From the NCBI RefSeq assembly GCF_006345805.1, contig NC_042997.1, forward strand, positions 25,420,001 to 25,484,000: a stretch of 64,000 nt of DNA, given 5' to 3'. Position 1 is the stretch's first letter, and the number at the start of each line of letters is the position of its first letter. This DNA comes from Octopus sinensis (Eukaryota). Position numbers and translations under genes: made by a program. The notes beneath the pieces were generated by a model. It had not been told where the DNA came from. It ran no database searches and was given only the letters and a program-made list of their open reading frames with translations. This document shows, in pieces, positions 26,642 through 41,022 of the stretch.

Positions 26642-27022
26642 CTGATCCCCCTTACGTTATAGAGCAGTTACTGTTTATATCTCGTTCAGAGATTTATTAT
26701 TGTTTTCGGACGGTTTTTCTACATCGGTGACGGTGGTTACTGTGAAAAACCTTATATATGTAGCCTGTAGAGGGAATCCTTCATCGAGGAACGGTGCTTA
26801 CCATACGTTGATAAGAGGCAATGACCTCGAAACCGGTCCGTATGTAGTATTCGTATCTTCGAGGGAGGATGATCTCCCTTTACAGGCTAACAAGGACACC
26901 GAGATGGTGTCGGTCCTTCTGGTGACGTCGATGATCGCCTGGGGCTAAAAGCATCAGTAACACCCCCACCACCCCGCCCTGTCCCTAGCCACATTCAGAT
27001 GGCTGATCCCCCTTACGTTATA
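26642..27022 (+). mobile_element. 361-bp hammerhead-containing unit with 20-bp terminal direct repeat (retrozyme-like or solo Penelope pLTR)
   Basis: ctgatcccccttacgttata at 26642-26661 and 27003-27022; central hammerhead; (TA)n on both flanks. Confidence 0.7.
26802..26844 (+). ncRNA. Minimal type I hammerhead ribozyme, U3-A8 variant
   Basis: CATACG-UUGAUAA-GAGG(CAAUGA)CCUC-GAAA-CCGGUC-CGUAUG: 6-bp stem I, 4-bp stem II, palindromic ACCGGU stem III, GUC cleavage site after 26838. Confidence 0.8.
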
Positions 27023-27037
27023 TATATATATATATAT

Positions 27038-27352
27038 TGGAGTGGGTGTGTGATAAGTAGCTTACCAACCACATGGTTCTGGGTTCAGTCCCTCTGCGTG
27101 GCACCTTTGGCAAGTGTCTTCCACTATAGCCTCGGGCCGACCAAATCCCTGTGAGTGGATTTGGTAGACGGAAACTGAAAGGAGCCCGTCACAACCGATG
27201 GTGGTGTGTTTACGTCCCTGTAATTAGCGTTTCGGCAATAGAGACCGATAGAATAAGTACTAGGCTTACAAAGAATAAGTTCTGGAATCGATTTGCTCGA
27301 CTAAAGGTGGTGCTCCAGCATGGCCGCAGTCAATTTGCTGAAACAAAGAAAA
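27038..27352 (+). mobile_element. SINE family A with internal deletion
   Basis: Head and tail of family A; the microsatellite segment is deleted. Confidence 0.88.
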
Positions 27353-27372
27353 AAAATGGAATAAAAGAATAT

Positions 27373-27431
<59 letters not shown>

Positions 27432-27432
<1 letters not shown>

Positions 27433-27830
27433 GGCGCAGGAGTGGCTGTGTGGTAAGTAGCTTGTTTACCAACCACATGGTTCCCGGTTCCGTCCCACTG
27501 CGGGGCACCTTGGGCAAGTGTCTTCTACTATAATCTCGGGCCGACCAATGCCTGTGAGTGGATTTGGTAGACGGAAACTGAAAGAAGCCCGTCGTATATA
27601 TGTATATATATATATATATATGCGTGTGTGTGTTTGTGTGTCTGTTTGTCCCCCTAGCATTGCTTGACAACCGATGCTAGTGTGTTTATGTCCCCGATAT
27701 CTAGCGGTTCGGCAAAAGAGACTGATAGAATAAGTACTGGGCTTACAAAAGAATAAGTCCCGGGGTCGACTTGCTCGATTAAAGGCGGTGCTCCAGCATG
27801 GCCGCAGTCAAATGACTGAAACAAGTAAAA
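27432..27830 (+). mobile_element. SINE family A, full length
   Basis: Family A sequence. Confidence 0.92.
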
Positions 27831-27854
27831 AAAAAATTATATATATATATATAT

Positions 27855-27965
27855 TGGCCTGCTCGCTTAGCCAGCGGGGTGGCGTCATTCGAAGGCTAAA
27901 ACAATGCGAACGCATTTTGACCAGCGATGTGTAACTACATCTGATGGAATGGTCGGTCACGTGAT
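27855..27965 (+). mobile_element. SINE tail fragment (family E tail)
   Basis: ttggcctgctcgcttagccagcgggg...cacgtgat, shared with the 3' end of 58242-58512. Confidence 0.75.
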
Positions 27966-28054
27966 GGTGATGGTGATATATATAATATATATATATATAT
28001 AAACACTAAATAATAAAAGGTAGTAATTCTTTCACAAGGCAACACTGAAGGCAT

Positions 28055-28282
28055 CGTTTGTCAAGTGATGGTGAGGTGACAGACACAGATACACAAACAC
28101 ACACACATACATATTGATATATATACGACAGGTTTCTTTCAGTTTCCGTCTATCAAATCCACTCACAAGGCTTTGGTCGTCCCGAGGCTGTAGTAGAAAA
28201 CGCTCGCCCAGGATGGCACACACTGGGACTGAATCCGGAAGCAAGTGGTTGGTAAGCAAGCTAGTTACCACACTGCTACTCC
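28055..28282 (-). mobile_element. SINE family A, 5' half
   Basis: Reverse complement of the family A head. Confidence 0.85.
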
Positions 28283-28349
28283 TGATAAAAATCTGCTTAT
28301 TGGCAGATAAGTTCGATATTCTAAATGACACCACATTAATAACGCTATT

Positions 28350-29030
28350 GATTACATTTTTGGGGTGATTAATATATTGAATGGTCTTATTATCCTTTAG
28401 ATAAGGAAGGAATAGACCATTATCTAAATTTAAGTTAACAACGAAAACTTTCTCTACCCTAGATATATTTTCAAAGGTTACATTTAAATTAATTTTTTAA
28501 AAATCTCTGCTTAATTGTTTCTTAGCCTTATCTACCTTTTGAAAAGGAAGATTCGAGATGACGAATAAAGCATCATCTCTATACAATATGTCATTAATAT
28601 TCGGAAATGTCTCCTTAATAATAGACAATAGAAATATCCTAGTCCAATACTTATCCTTGCACGATATTGATGTTTTCTTAGCAGTTAGGATTATATCACT
28701 TTCTAAAGATGAGATATTCTTAAATTTATGCATAAATGTTAATGCATCATCTAACATGTCAGGCGATATAGACTGATAATAGATTTCAATATCAAATTGT
28801 AGAAAATAAGTATTCTTCTTACTTTGACTTCAGAAGAACCATGAAATTACATCCTGAGTGCTACTCCAGAGGGGTAATTCCACATCTTTTTTCATGTGGG
28901 GTATTATTCTATCTATAACTGACTTGCTAATTTTACCAAGGTCCGTCTTAGTTGGATATGTCAATCGGACCATAGGTTTACTTATAAAATTTACCTCATG
29001 TTCTTTAAAAGTGAAGCTAGGGACTTTAGC
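28350..29030 (-). pseudogene. Penelope-like element reverse transcriptase fragment
   Basis: FTFKEHEVNFISKPMVRLTYPTKTDLGKISK...LPLWSSTQDVISWF, then LDDAL...IFLLS...LYRDDALFV (YRDD catalytic motif). Internal deletion and stops. Confidence 0.85.
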
Positions 29031-29161
29031 TTGCTTTCCAACCACATTATTCCGAGTTCAGTCTCCCTGCATGGCAACTTGGGCAACAATCTTCAACTAT
29101 AGCCTCGGGCCGACCACAGCCTTCTGAGTGGATTTGGTAGACAGAAACTGAAAGATGCCCG

Positions 29162-29242
<81 letters not shown>

Positions 29243-29600
29243 AGAGTGTGTTGTGTGTGTGTATGTGAGTGTGTGTGCATGTGTGTGCATGTCTAAAAAC
29301 CGGCGTTGGTGTGTTTATTTCAACGTAACGCAGCGGTTTGTCGTATGTGTAGAAGTACTAGGCTTAAACGGATAAAAAAGTCTTGGGCTTGATTTGTTAG
29401 ACTGAAGGGCCCCCAACATCGCTTGACAACCGATGGTGGTGTGTTTACGTCTCCGTAGACTAGCGGTTCGGCAAAAGAGACTGATAGAATAAGTACGAGG
29501 CGTCCAAATAATAAGTCCTAGGTCCGATTTGCTCGACTAAAACGCGGTGCTCCAGCATGGCCGCAGTCAAATGACTAAAACGAGTAAAAGAGTAAAGAGA
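29020..29600 (+). mobile_element. SINE family A with partially duplicated 3' half
   Basis: Head, microsatellite, a degenerate partial tail, then a second intact tail. Confidence 0.8.
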
Positions 29601-29799
29601 ATATCCGAGTTGGAAAGTTGCTTGTAATACAAGAATCCATATGTGGAGTCGCAATCCATGTCTTTACGCTTAACCTTCGCTAATGAAGACTTTGTTGGAA
29701 AGCAGTCGCACAAATTATACCAAGTGGAATAGTTGACACCTATACTGCACTGGCCTGTTTCTAAATTCGAAAATGTTTCGTTTTTAAAAAAGCATTTTG

Positions 29800-30075
29800 T
29801 GTGAAGTTGCGCGGCCTAGTGTTTATTGTGTTGCATCACGATCGCAAGCCCGGGGTTTCGAATTCCAGACTCCCAGTGCGTTTGGTTCTTGAGCAAATAC
29901 TTCGTTTCTCCTTGATCCAGGTTACTCATCCATATATGGGTAACCCTACGGCTGACTGGCTTACCATTCTGGGCTAGCACCAGGGGTTAGCATCATTGGG
30001 AGGATACCACGATGCGAGAAAACGCATTATGATCAGTGGTGTACAAAAACTGCCGATGTCTGGTCGATAATTGAT
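29800..30075 (+). mobile_element. Old diverged tRNA-derived SINE
   Basis: gcgcggcctagtg...ttcgaattcc...ttcttgagcaaat...; tail resembles family E. Confidence 0.5.
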
Positions 30076-30260
30076 AGCGTGAAGTACTTCCTAAATTTCT
30101 GATATATATTCAGTTTATTACACCATAGGAATGTTTAGAGTCATCTTTCCTTCTACACCACTCAGCTATGTCTTTTTGTTAATACTACAACTAATACCCT
30201 ATTTGTGGCCTATATTGTACATCCTGGATCATTTAAGTTAAATATATACGTTCTTAGAAA

Positions 30261-30652
30261 AGGAGTGGCTGTGTGGTTAGTAGCTTGCTTACCAACCACA
30301 TGTTTCCGGGTTCAGTCCCACTGCGTTGCACTTTGGGCAAGTATCTTCTACTATAGCACCGGGTCGACCAAAGCCTTGTGAGTTGATTTGGTAGGCGGAA
30401 ACTAAAAGAACCCCGTCGTATATATGTATATGTACATATATGTGTGTGTTTGTGTGACTGTATTTGTCTCCCCAACATTGCTTGACAATCGATGGTGGTG
30501 TGTTTACGTCCCCAGACCTTAGCGATTCGGCAAAAGAGCCCGATAGAATAAGTACTAGGCTTACAGAAAATAAGTCCTGGAGTCGATTTGCTCGACTAAT
30601 GGGGGTGCTCTTGTATGGCTGCAGTCCAATGACTGAAACAAGTAAAAGAAAG
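30261..30652 (+). mobile_element. SINE family A
   Basis: Family A sequence. Confidence 0.9.
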
Positions 30653-31776
30653 TAAAGGGTATTACATAGAATACACGGAGCATGCAGGAATATATAGGAG
30701 AGTACTAAAATAATTGCTTTACTTCATAACACTCCTCTCTTCTGTGTTTAAATAAATCATTCGCAGTAACATTGCTTTCATCCGACCAAGGATTATAAAT
30801 AAATGTTAGCACTGTACAAAGATCGATGATATTAACGATATATCTCCCATACAAAATTAAAATCAATATTACTAATAATTTTATTATCATAAAAATACCA
30901 ACTAACTGAAAGGAAAATAATGTTTGTTTTACAGAATAACCACTTGATATAAATCTATATCATGCCCTCAGCTGCAAGTTTTTGATGAATGATCTGGTGT
31001 GGCATTAGAATAATAACATTGGTTTACAATCATTATATACATTAATATATACAGTTACAGTGTTCTAGTGACGTTTATTTATATAAAATGAAGTATAATG
31101 GCACATACTCAAACACGCACACACATATTTAAATTTCGTGTCTTACACGTTCTGAAATAGTCATTGACAATTTAATATATTATAAAACATTATTAATGTA
31201 CTTCGACGCAGTCATCAGATTAATAACATACTTTCCTAATAACTTCTATACAATATTATTCCAATATAAACATAAAGACAATTATATATAATATACCATA
31301 TGAGATGTTCATTATTACAAACATCTAAAGCGTTAAAAAGATGTGAGATAGAAATAAGTATCAAGTAGAAAAATAAAACTTTGAAGGAAAAGAAAGTAAG
31401 ACAATTAATATATTTTTCCTAATTTATATTTAAAGACATAACAATCATAAGTTGAAAGCAGCAAAAACAACTTAGATTAAAAGGAATCACTAGTATCTGT
31501 TTGTGTGTGTTTGTGTAGGTATGTAAGCTTGTGCGCGTTTGTGTGTATGTGTAAATTTTCACACACATGAAACGTTCGTATGTAAAAGGGAAGATTTAAG
31601 TTTTTTTCCAGTGAACCCGTTTAAAGTATTCCAAAGAATATTGATGCTTTCGCTTGTGGTGTGTGTGTGTGTGTTATACTGAACTAATTACATTTTGAAA
31701 ACGTATTTTAAGTGGACAATTAATGTCTAATACGTGTTGATATATTGAAACAAGAAGAGAATGGAAAACTTTCATT

Positions 31777-32176
31777 AGGAGTGGCTGTATGGTAAATAGC
31801 TTGCTTACCAACCACATGGTTCCGGGTTCAGTCCCACTTCGTGGCACTTTGGCAAGTGTCTTCTGCTATAGCCTCGGGATGACTAAAGCCTTGTGAGTGG
31901 ATTTGGTAGACGGAAACTGAAAGAAGCCCGCCATATATATATATATATATATGTACGTGTGTGTATATGTTTGTGCGTCTGTGTTTGTCCCCCCAACATC
32001 GCTTGAAAACCGATGCTGGTGTGTTTACGTCCCCGTAACATAGCGGTTAGGCAAGAGAGACCCATAGAATAAGTACTAGGCTTACAAAGAATAAGTCCTG
32101 GGGACGATTTGCTCGACTAAAGGCGGTCCTCCAGCATTACCGCAGTCAAATGACAGAAACAAATAAAAGAATAAAG
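31777..32176 (+). mobile_element. SINE family A
   Basis: Family A sequence. Confidence 0.9.
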
Positions 32177-32419
32177 AAATATATCTTTTTAATTAAGAGT
32201 CTATATTTCTGATAGTTGCTGCTACTAATAGTCTCTACAACGCTTGGAATACTATGTGCGCAACCATCACTTGATTATCACCAAAGCTCCGCTTTGAATT
32301 TCACTGCGAGTGAGTATGAAAGGAGCCGTATTCTTTTTTGGCTTCGATAAAGTTGAGATTAATAGAAAAACGCACTTGTTGGAATTTTGCTGAACATTCC
32401 CTTCCCTACAACAAAAACA

Positions 32420-33150
<731 letters not shown>

Positions 33151-33155
33151 AAAAA

Positions 33156-33374
33156 AGGCGGCAAGCTGGCAGAATCGTTAGCACGCCGGGCAAATGCCTA
33201 GCAGTATTTCGTCTGTCGTTATGTTCTGAGTTCAAATTCCGCCGAGGTTGACTTTACCTTTCATCCTTTCGGGGTCCATAAATAAAGTACCAGTTTCGCA
33301 CTGGGGGCGATGTAATCGACTTAATCCCTTTGTCTGTCCTTATTTGTCCCTTCTGTGTTTAGCCATTTGTGGGT
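33156..33374 (+). mobile_element. SINE family B
   Basis: Family B sequence. Confidence 0.9.
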
Positions 33375-33403
33375 ACCTCGATATTATGTAAATAGAGGAA
33401 TTT

Positions 33404-33660
33404 ATCTGTAGATGTAATATGTCACGATTATTCGGTAGCCATGATAAAATTCCGAGTTTCGGATGCCGAGGTGGAAATCCACGCCGCCATCTCTTCAGTT
33501 ATCCGGCTATCGGAAAAATGCTATGTATGTATTTTTCATAGCGTTTTTTCCCGATGGCCGGATAACTGAAGACATGGAGGCGTGGATTTCCACCTCGGCA
33601 TCCGAAACTCGGAGTTTTATCATGGCTATCGAATAATTGTGACATATTACATCTACAGAT
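33404..33660. mobile_element. Fold-back/MITE-like long inverted repeat (about 122-bp arms, 11-nt spacer)
   Basis: 33404-33525 versus the reverse complement of 33537-33660: 7 substitutions and 2 single-base indels. Confidence 0.9.
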
Positions 33661-33665
33661 GTATG

Positions 33666-33711
<46 letters not shown>

Positions 33712-34354
33712 TATATATATATGATATATATATATATATATATATATACACTCAATGCATACACACAATTTACTCTTACACGTTTTTTCAGTTATTATAC
33801 TGCACCCATTCTGGGGCTTTTTCCTATATTGCCTCGAAATTACAACAGCTTTTAATTGTGGCATAACTCTGGGATATATTTATGGGACACTATGCAGTCC
33901 TTAGTTAATATCTGAAAGACCAGGGCTCGAACCTCCCCAAAAGAATATCGATAATCAATTCCACAATTATCCGTTTTAAATCGCATCTTAAAAATTACCA
34001 ACATTTATTTTCTCCTTAAATGCAGTAGATTATTTATTCAAGGGAATGTCACAAATAGCCTCCAGTAAGCGAGTGTCAGAGGAACTGACGTTGAATGATA
34101 ATTTGTTGTGTTTATTCTGCAATATATTGTCCGACACAATGAATTTACGTCTAAGTTGCACTAGATTGTTAATGTGGAATACTATGAAATATTTACTGTT
34201 AGTTCTACTGTCGACAATCCTTAACCTATAAGGAGCTTAACGAAAATTTGGAGGGAATCTGCATTTATATAATGTGGTATGTCAGGAGAAAAAGAAAAGC
34301 TTTCATAAAATATCTGGTTATGATTATCCATTGCACACGAGTTAATAAAGAGTA

Positions 34355-34841
34355 TGGTATATCGCAATACTACACAGTGGCTGTGTGAGCTACGAAATCC
34401 TCGTCACCACTGTTATATCTGTTTCTTTATTACCCACAAGGGGCTAAACATAGAGGAGACAAACAAGGACAGACAAACGGATTAAGTCCATTACATCGAC
34501 CCCGTGCGTAACTGGTACTTAATTTATCGACCCCGAAAGGATGAAAGGCAAAGTCGACCTCGGCGAAATTTGAACTCAGAACGTAACGGCAGACGAAATA
34601 CGGCTACGCATTTCGTCCGGCGTGCTAACGGTTCTGCCAGCTCGCCGCCTTCGCCACTGTTATATCGCAATACTACACAGTGGTTGTGTGAGCTACGAAA
34701 TCTTCGTCGCCACTGTTATGTCGCACGTTCGGATGCCTTCTCCTCTACACATCTGCATCTGTGCCCTGAGGTCTAGACTTCTCCCTCTATATCTACTTAT
34801 TGGGCTAGTCTACATCATCGCCTGGGGGCGTCCACACAACA
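34355..34841 (+). mobile_element. Solo LTR with nested SINE B
   Basis: Homologous to 21330-21552; TG...ACAACA ends; flanks gagta/gtgta; the first ~57 bp are duplicated. Confidence 0.7.
34419..34650 (-). mobile_element. SINE family B inserted in the LTR with 15-bp TSD
   Basis: tc(a/g)ccactgttatat at 34404-34418 and 34651-34665. Confidence 0.9.
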
Positions 34842-35915
34842 GTGTACGATGTTCAATAATGGGATATATGGTAAGTAAAAATATATCCGCAGCTATCCTT
34901 CCTGGGACGATTCTTGACATTATCCTTAGGATTATTGCAGCGAAATAGTTATGAATTTTATGGAGTATATTTTCCTTTGTTCAGTTACTCATCTCAAATA
35001 TTATTAACTAGATAGTCATGATCCTTATACGCCTACATACATACATACATTTGTACGTACATGTGTTTGTATATATGTATACGCATATATGTTTATGTGT
35101 GTTCGTGCTTATATGTGTATACATGCGCTTATGTATTTACGTGCCTATGTGTTTTTTGTGTATGCGTATGTATGAACTTGTATATTAGTGGGTGTGCGTT
35201 TGTATAATTATGCGCTTAAATGTTTCCTCAGTTACACTGCAAACAGGAACTTGACTTCGCTTCCATAGAGTGAGATATAAATCTTCCCCTGGATAAAACA
35301 GGAGTCTATTGCAGGTTACATTCCCAGACAGATGATCTCAAGATTATTCTTGGCGCATCTGACATTAACTTAGGCAAAGAGGATAAAATCGGCTACTCAC
35401 AAGACAGCATCAAACACGGAGGATATTTTTATAGATTACAATGATGAGTTTATTTTCAAAACGGGTCCTGGTATAATGGAATGATCTGGAAACACTACAA
35501 GAATATTTTTATCCTTCATTGAAATATTCTGAAATAAGCACAAGTATTTCAATTCCAGCCAGACAAATTCGGCCTTACTACATGGGTAAGAAAACAGATA
35601 TGGTAACAAAATTAATAACAACAACACCATAAGCTGATTATTATTTGATATTTCAGAAGAAAAAAAAAGCTTTCTTCTCAAATTATGCATGAATCAGATA
35701 TTTTTTTCTATTACAATGGCTCATATTAGAGATAAAACAAAACACAATATTTTCTGTGCCGATTAAAGATATTTTCAATGATAAACTAACTTCTCGAGTC
35801 AAATGCTATCAGTATTGTTTCATCTAGGCAGGTGTATGGCGAGGAAGGCTAGATCTGGTTACATGGTTGTAAACATAAAATATAAAATTCCAAAGGATAG
35901 AATAAATACATACAT

Positions 35916-35951
<36 letters not shown>

Positions 35952-36818
35952 TTGATATGCGCTTCACACATTTAAACATACATGATGTATGCAGATATGT
36001 ATGTCTGCGTGTATGTGCGAGTGTACGAATAAAATCAGCACCCATTCCCGAAATAACAAATCAGTTTTATCTGTTGTTCTTTTTTTCTTCCTAATTTGTT
36101 TCTGTTAATGAATGAATGCGTTTGAAGAAAGGAGTGATTCTCATGAAAATATTATTATATGTTGTGTATTTGATATTGATAATAGAAAGTGGAAAAAATA
36201 ATATGTAAAAAAATTACAAACAAAGTATTTCAAGAATAAAAACATACGACTAAAATATAAATAAAGTTACACTAAACTAAAATAAAATAAAATTCTGAAC
36301 ATATTGTCCAGATAAAACGCCATCATTTATTCAAGCTCATCTACGCTGTAATTTCGATAACATTTTCGAAATGAGAATTATATTCTAAATAAGAATGGGT
36401 ATCTGTCTTCTGACAAAAATAAATGCATAAATAAAGTAAAAAAAAAAAAAAAGAAAAACTGTAATGATAAAAATATTCTTTCTAAAAAGGAAAGTAAAAT
36501 ATAAAAAAAAAATTAACAAAATCAGGGGAGAGAAATATACACGAAAAGATAACTTTTTGAGATGAAATATTTGACCATTAACTTTTAACAAATCCAATTT
36601 AAGCGAGCACATGAGCTTTGAAGTTGCATTGGCCGAATACATTCTCAGAGATTGAGAGAGAGTGAGAAGTTGAGTGAACGCGAGAGGGAGAGAGAGAAAG
36701 AGAGGCTATAATAGATACTGCGTGGGAGAGTGAGTGTGACATCGAGAGAAAGGGAGAAAGAGAAAGAGACAGAGGAGAGAGTGGAGAAATATAAAAACAA
36801 AATTAGTTGGAATAATAG

Positions 36819-36860
<42 letters not shown>

Positions 36861-37164
36861 TAGAAAGAAGAGAGAGAGAACAAAAAAATTGGGAAAAATG
36901 ACAAATAAAATATGCAACACAAAAAGAAAGTAACAATTTCGCTCCGCCAAAACAAAATAAAAAAGGTAACGTAAAGTGAGACTTCAAAATAAATAATCAC
37001 ATACATACATGCATACATACATACATACATACATACATACATACATACATACATACATGATACATATAAATATGCATGTGTGTATCGTTGTTTCTGCATA
37101 TATATTTGTACACACAACACACACGCATAAATGTATGTGAGTATGTGTGTGTACGTACATATAT

Positions 37165-37223
<59 letters not shown>

Positions 37224-37419
37224 ATAATATATATATGTATACACACACATATATATATATATATATGTAAGAGAATATAAAACTCCATAAATTTTTCAAT
37301 GTAATGACGTTTACATGTTTCTTTTTGATGTTTAAACTTTGACCTCTGTAATTGTATCTTTTAAATAAGCAGAAATGGGGAGACATGTAGGACAGAGGGG
37401 AAGAGAAGTGGGACCATTA

Positions 37420-37652
37420 TATTCATTATTATTATTGTTATTATTATTATCATCATTATTATTATTGTTGTTGCTATTATTATTATTTTGTTGGTGCGTT
37501 TATTGCTGTATTTATTATCATCATCATCATCATCATCATTATTATTATTATCATTATTATTATTATCATTATTATTATTATCATTATTATTATTATCATT
37601 TTTATTATCATTATTATTATCATTATTATTATTATCATTTTTATTATTATCC

Positions 37653-37683
<31 letters not shown>

Positions 37684-37703
37684 CATTATTATTATTATTA
37701 TTA

Positions 37704-37741
<38 letters not shown>

Positions 37742-37760
37742 CATCGTCATCACCATCATC
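37420..37760. repeat. (TAT)n/(CAT)n compound repeat
   Basis: Direct reading. Confidence 0.95.
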
Positions 37761-38071
37761 GTCTTTAGTTTTAATACTTTGATTGGCTTTATTATTAATA
37801 CTAACAGTAGTTTTAGTGGTAACAGTAGTAGTTGTAATAGTATCGCTTTCCTGTTTACTTGTTCTAGTTGTTGGTGTTGATGATATTATTAAAATCCCTT
37901 TTGTTTGTGGATGTTTTTGTTGGTGTTGTTGTATTTAGGGACGCTCACGATATTATGTATCTGTTTATGTGTTTTCCTTGTTCTGTTGGTTTGTTTTAAA
38001 AATACAATATTAGATTATTCAAACTCGTTCGAACAAATTTCATCTATATCTTTGACTCCTCTTATTCTATC

Positions 38072-38716
<645 letters not shown>

Positions 38717-39545
38717 CTTTCCGACCTGCCCGAGATGCGGTCAGAGCGACGAAACCGTTCTGCACGCACTCGTTCAGTGTCCAACAATTTCCGACCTGTG
38801 GGCTTATGTCGAACAACTGCTGTCACGTGTGGGACGAGTCGGTTTATCAGCTGAGTCTATCGTCAATATTGTCACGCCTCCTTCCTTCAAACGGGAAGGA
38901 AGAGCTATTTTCATCATCCTGTGGCTATGGCGAAAGAATGTATCTGGTGGACGCGTCTGAAAGGATGGAGACAAACACTTTCCTCTCTGGTCAATCTCTC
39001 ATCAACTTCTTCAAGTACCACTTGAAAGGAAAGTGAGAGTAGAGAGGCAAGTTTTGTCTAGCGAATGTTTTTAAAAAAGATGGGTGAATGTAGCAAGAAT
39101 GGCACGTATGAATGACGAAGCCACCTTGAGCATAGTCCTATGAACCCAGAAATCGAAAACAGAGAGTTGCTATTTGCAAAAAAAAAAAAAAAAAAAGAAA
39201 TATAAAATGTGACTTCATTGACCGAGGTTACCGTGGTCTTTTCCGCAGGCTTTTCTTTCCACGGGTAACCTCACCTGTCCTCCCCTTTACACTTCATATT
39301 GACATTTCTGTGATAACGATCCCTATTGATCATTTTTTTTTTCCTCTCCCCCCCCCCTTTTTTTTTTTTTTAACCCCCCTTATTTTGTCCTCTTTCTCTC
39401 CTTTTACGATCCCTTTTGATCGAACCTCCCCCTTCCTTTTTTCTTTTTTTTTTTTTTTTTTTTTTTTAATACCTTCAAAAAGAAAAGCTCTACCTTGTAA
39501 TTTGTTCTATCTGTGTGCAGCCCTGTGTGGCTAATAAAGAAACAT
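38717..39545 (+). mobile_element. 5'-truncated L1/Tx1-like LINE 3' end
   Basis: [21 protein letters not shown] (CCHC finger of L1/Tx1 ORF2)...FFKYHLK; 3' UTR ends aataaagaaac; (TATC)n on both sides. Confidence 0.85.
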
Positions 39546-39578
39546 ATCTTTCTGTCTATCTATCTGTCTATCTATCTG

Positions 39579-39650
<72 letters not shown>

Positions 39651-39986
39651 CCTATCTATCTGTTTCTTTTCCACTTAACACTCACTCTCGGACTATCTCT
39701 TTGTTCCTTTCTTTCATCTAACTTTTCCATTTATTTAATAAAATTTCAAATAAATTTTAAACTCATTAAAACTCATATCATACACAGATATATTTTTCTA
39801 CACATACGTGAAGTAATAAATTGGAAAGCGCAGAAAGACAGACAACCGCACGCGTGCTCCTATACGCTAATAATTATATATATCTACGTGCCTGCGTGTA
39901 TGTATTTGTGTGCGTGTGTGAATATACTTAATATAAATACACACATTGACACAAACAAGAACACACGGACGCAAGAACACTCCCCC

Positions 39987-40023
<37 letters not shown>

Positions 40024-40140
40024 CAGGTGTATATACACACACACGTATTTCTATACGCATATATGTGATTACATTTGTATATATATATATATGTATATAC
40101 ATATATGTACTTAAACATATATATATATTATATATATATA

Positions 40141-40183
<43 letters not shown>

Positions 40184-40706
40184 TATACGTATATATGCTT
40201 ATGTATATAATTTCTGGAACCAATCCTTTAATTACATCACGCACCTGTTAGCTAATGTATTGTTTATATAGGATAGCGTCACTACATTTGACAGTTGAGG
40301 ATAAAAAATAAGTGAAGATAAAATAATTTATAATAAATTAATATCAACGTTGATATTACTAATAGTAATATTAATGATGATTTTGTTGTTCCTGTTGGTG
40401 ATCATAATGTTGTTGATACTGCTGCTTCGACTGCTGCTGCTTCCGATGAGCAAAATTTATGTATAATAAATGATTCATAGAAGATCTTCAGAATAAAGAA
40501 CAAATTGGACGTGACATAACCATCACTTGTAATATAAAAGCAACAGGTTAATTATACTATACTGATGATGGAGAGTTTAATTGTAATACATGTTTTCAAA
40601 TAAACTTTATGTCTTTAAATAACGGCTAATATTAATAAAATGTATGCAATTATATGTGTATGTATATATGCAATAAATTCATATACACACCATTTTATTG
40701 GTCTCC

Positions 40707-40747
<41 letters not shown>

Positions 40748-41022
40748 TATATATATAGATGAAAGAGTAACCGATAAATAGGTATGTATATCAATACACA
40801 CATCAATACATAATGACTATATATATATATATATATCGTATAAAGAATCGTGGGTAAGGCCAGAACAATGCGAAGTAAATGCATGGCAAATCACAAGAAA
40901 GCACTGTTGTGGCTTTACCCATGAGCCTTTATACATAATATTCTACACAATACTTCATAGTAATAATTCCATTATAGTATATACAAACATACATACATAC
41001 ATACATATATATATATATAAAA

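Noticed and set aside
35274-35480. Open frame DDLKIILGASDINLGKEDKIGYSQDSIKHGGY, faintly like a trypsin segment
   Set aside because: No catalytic motif, weak acceptor, a stop follows immediately, and no companion exons were found.
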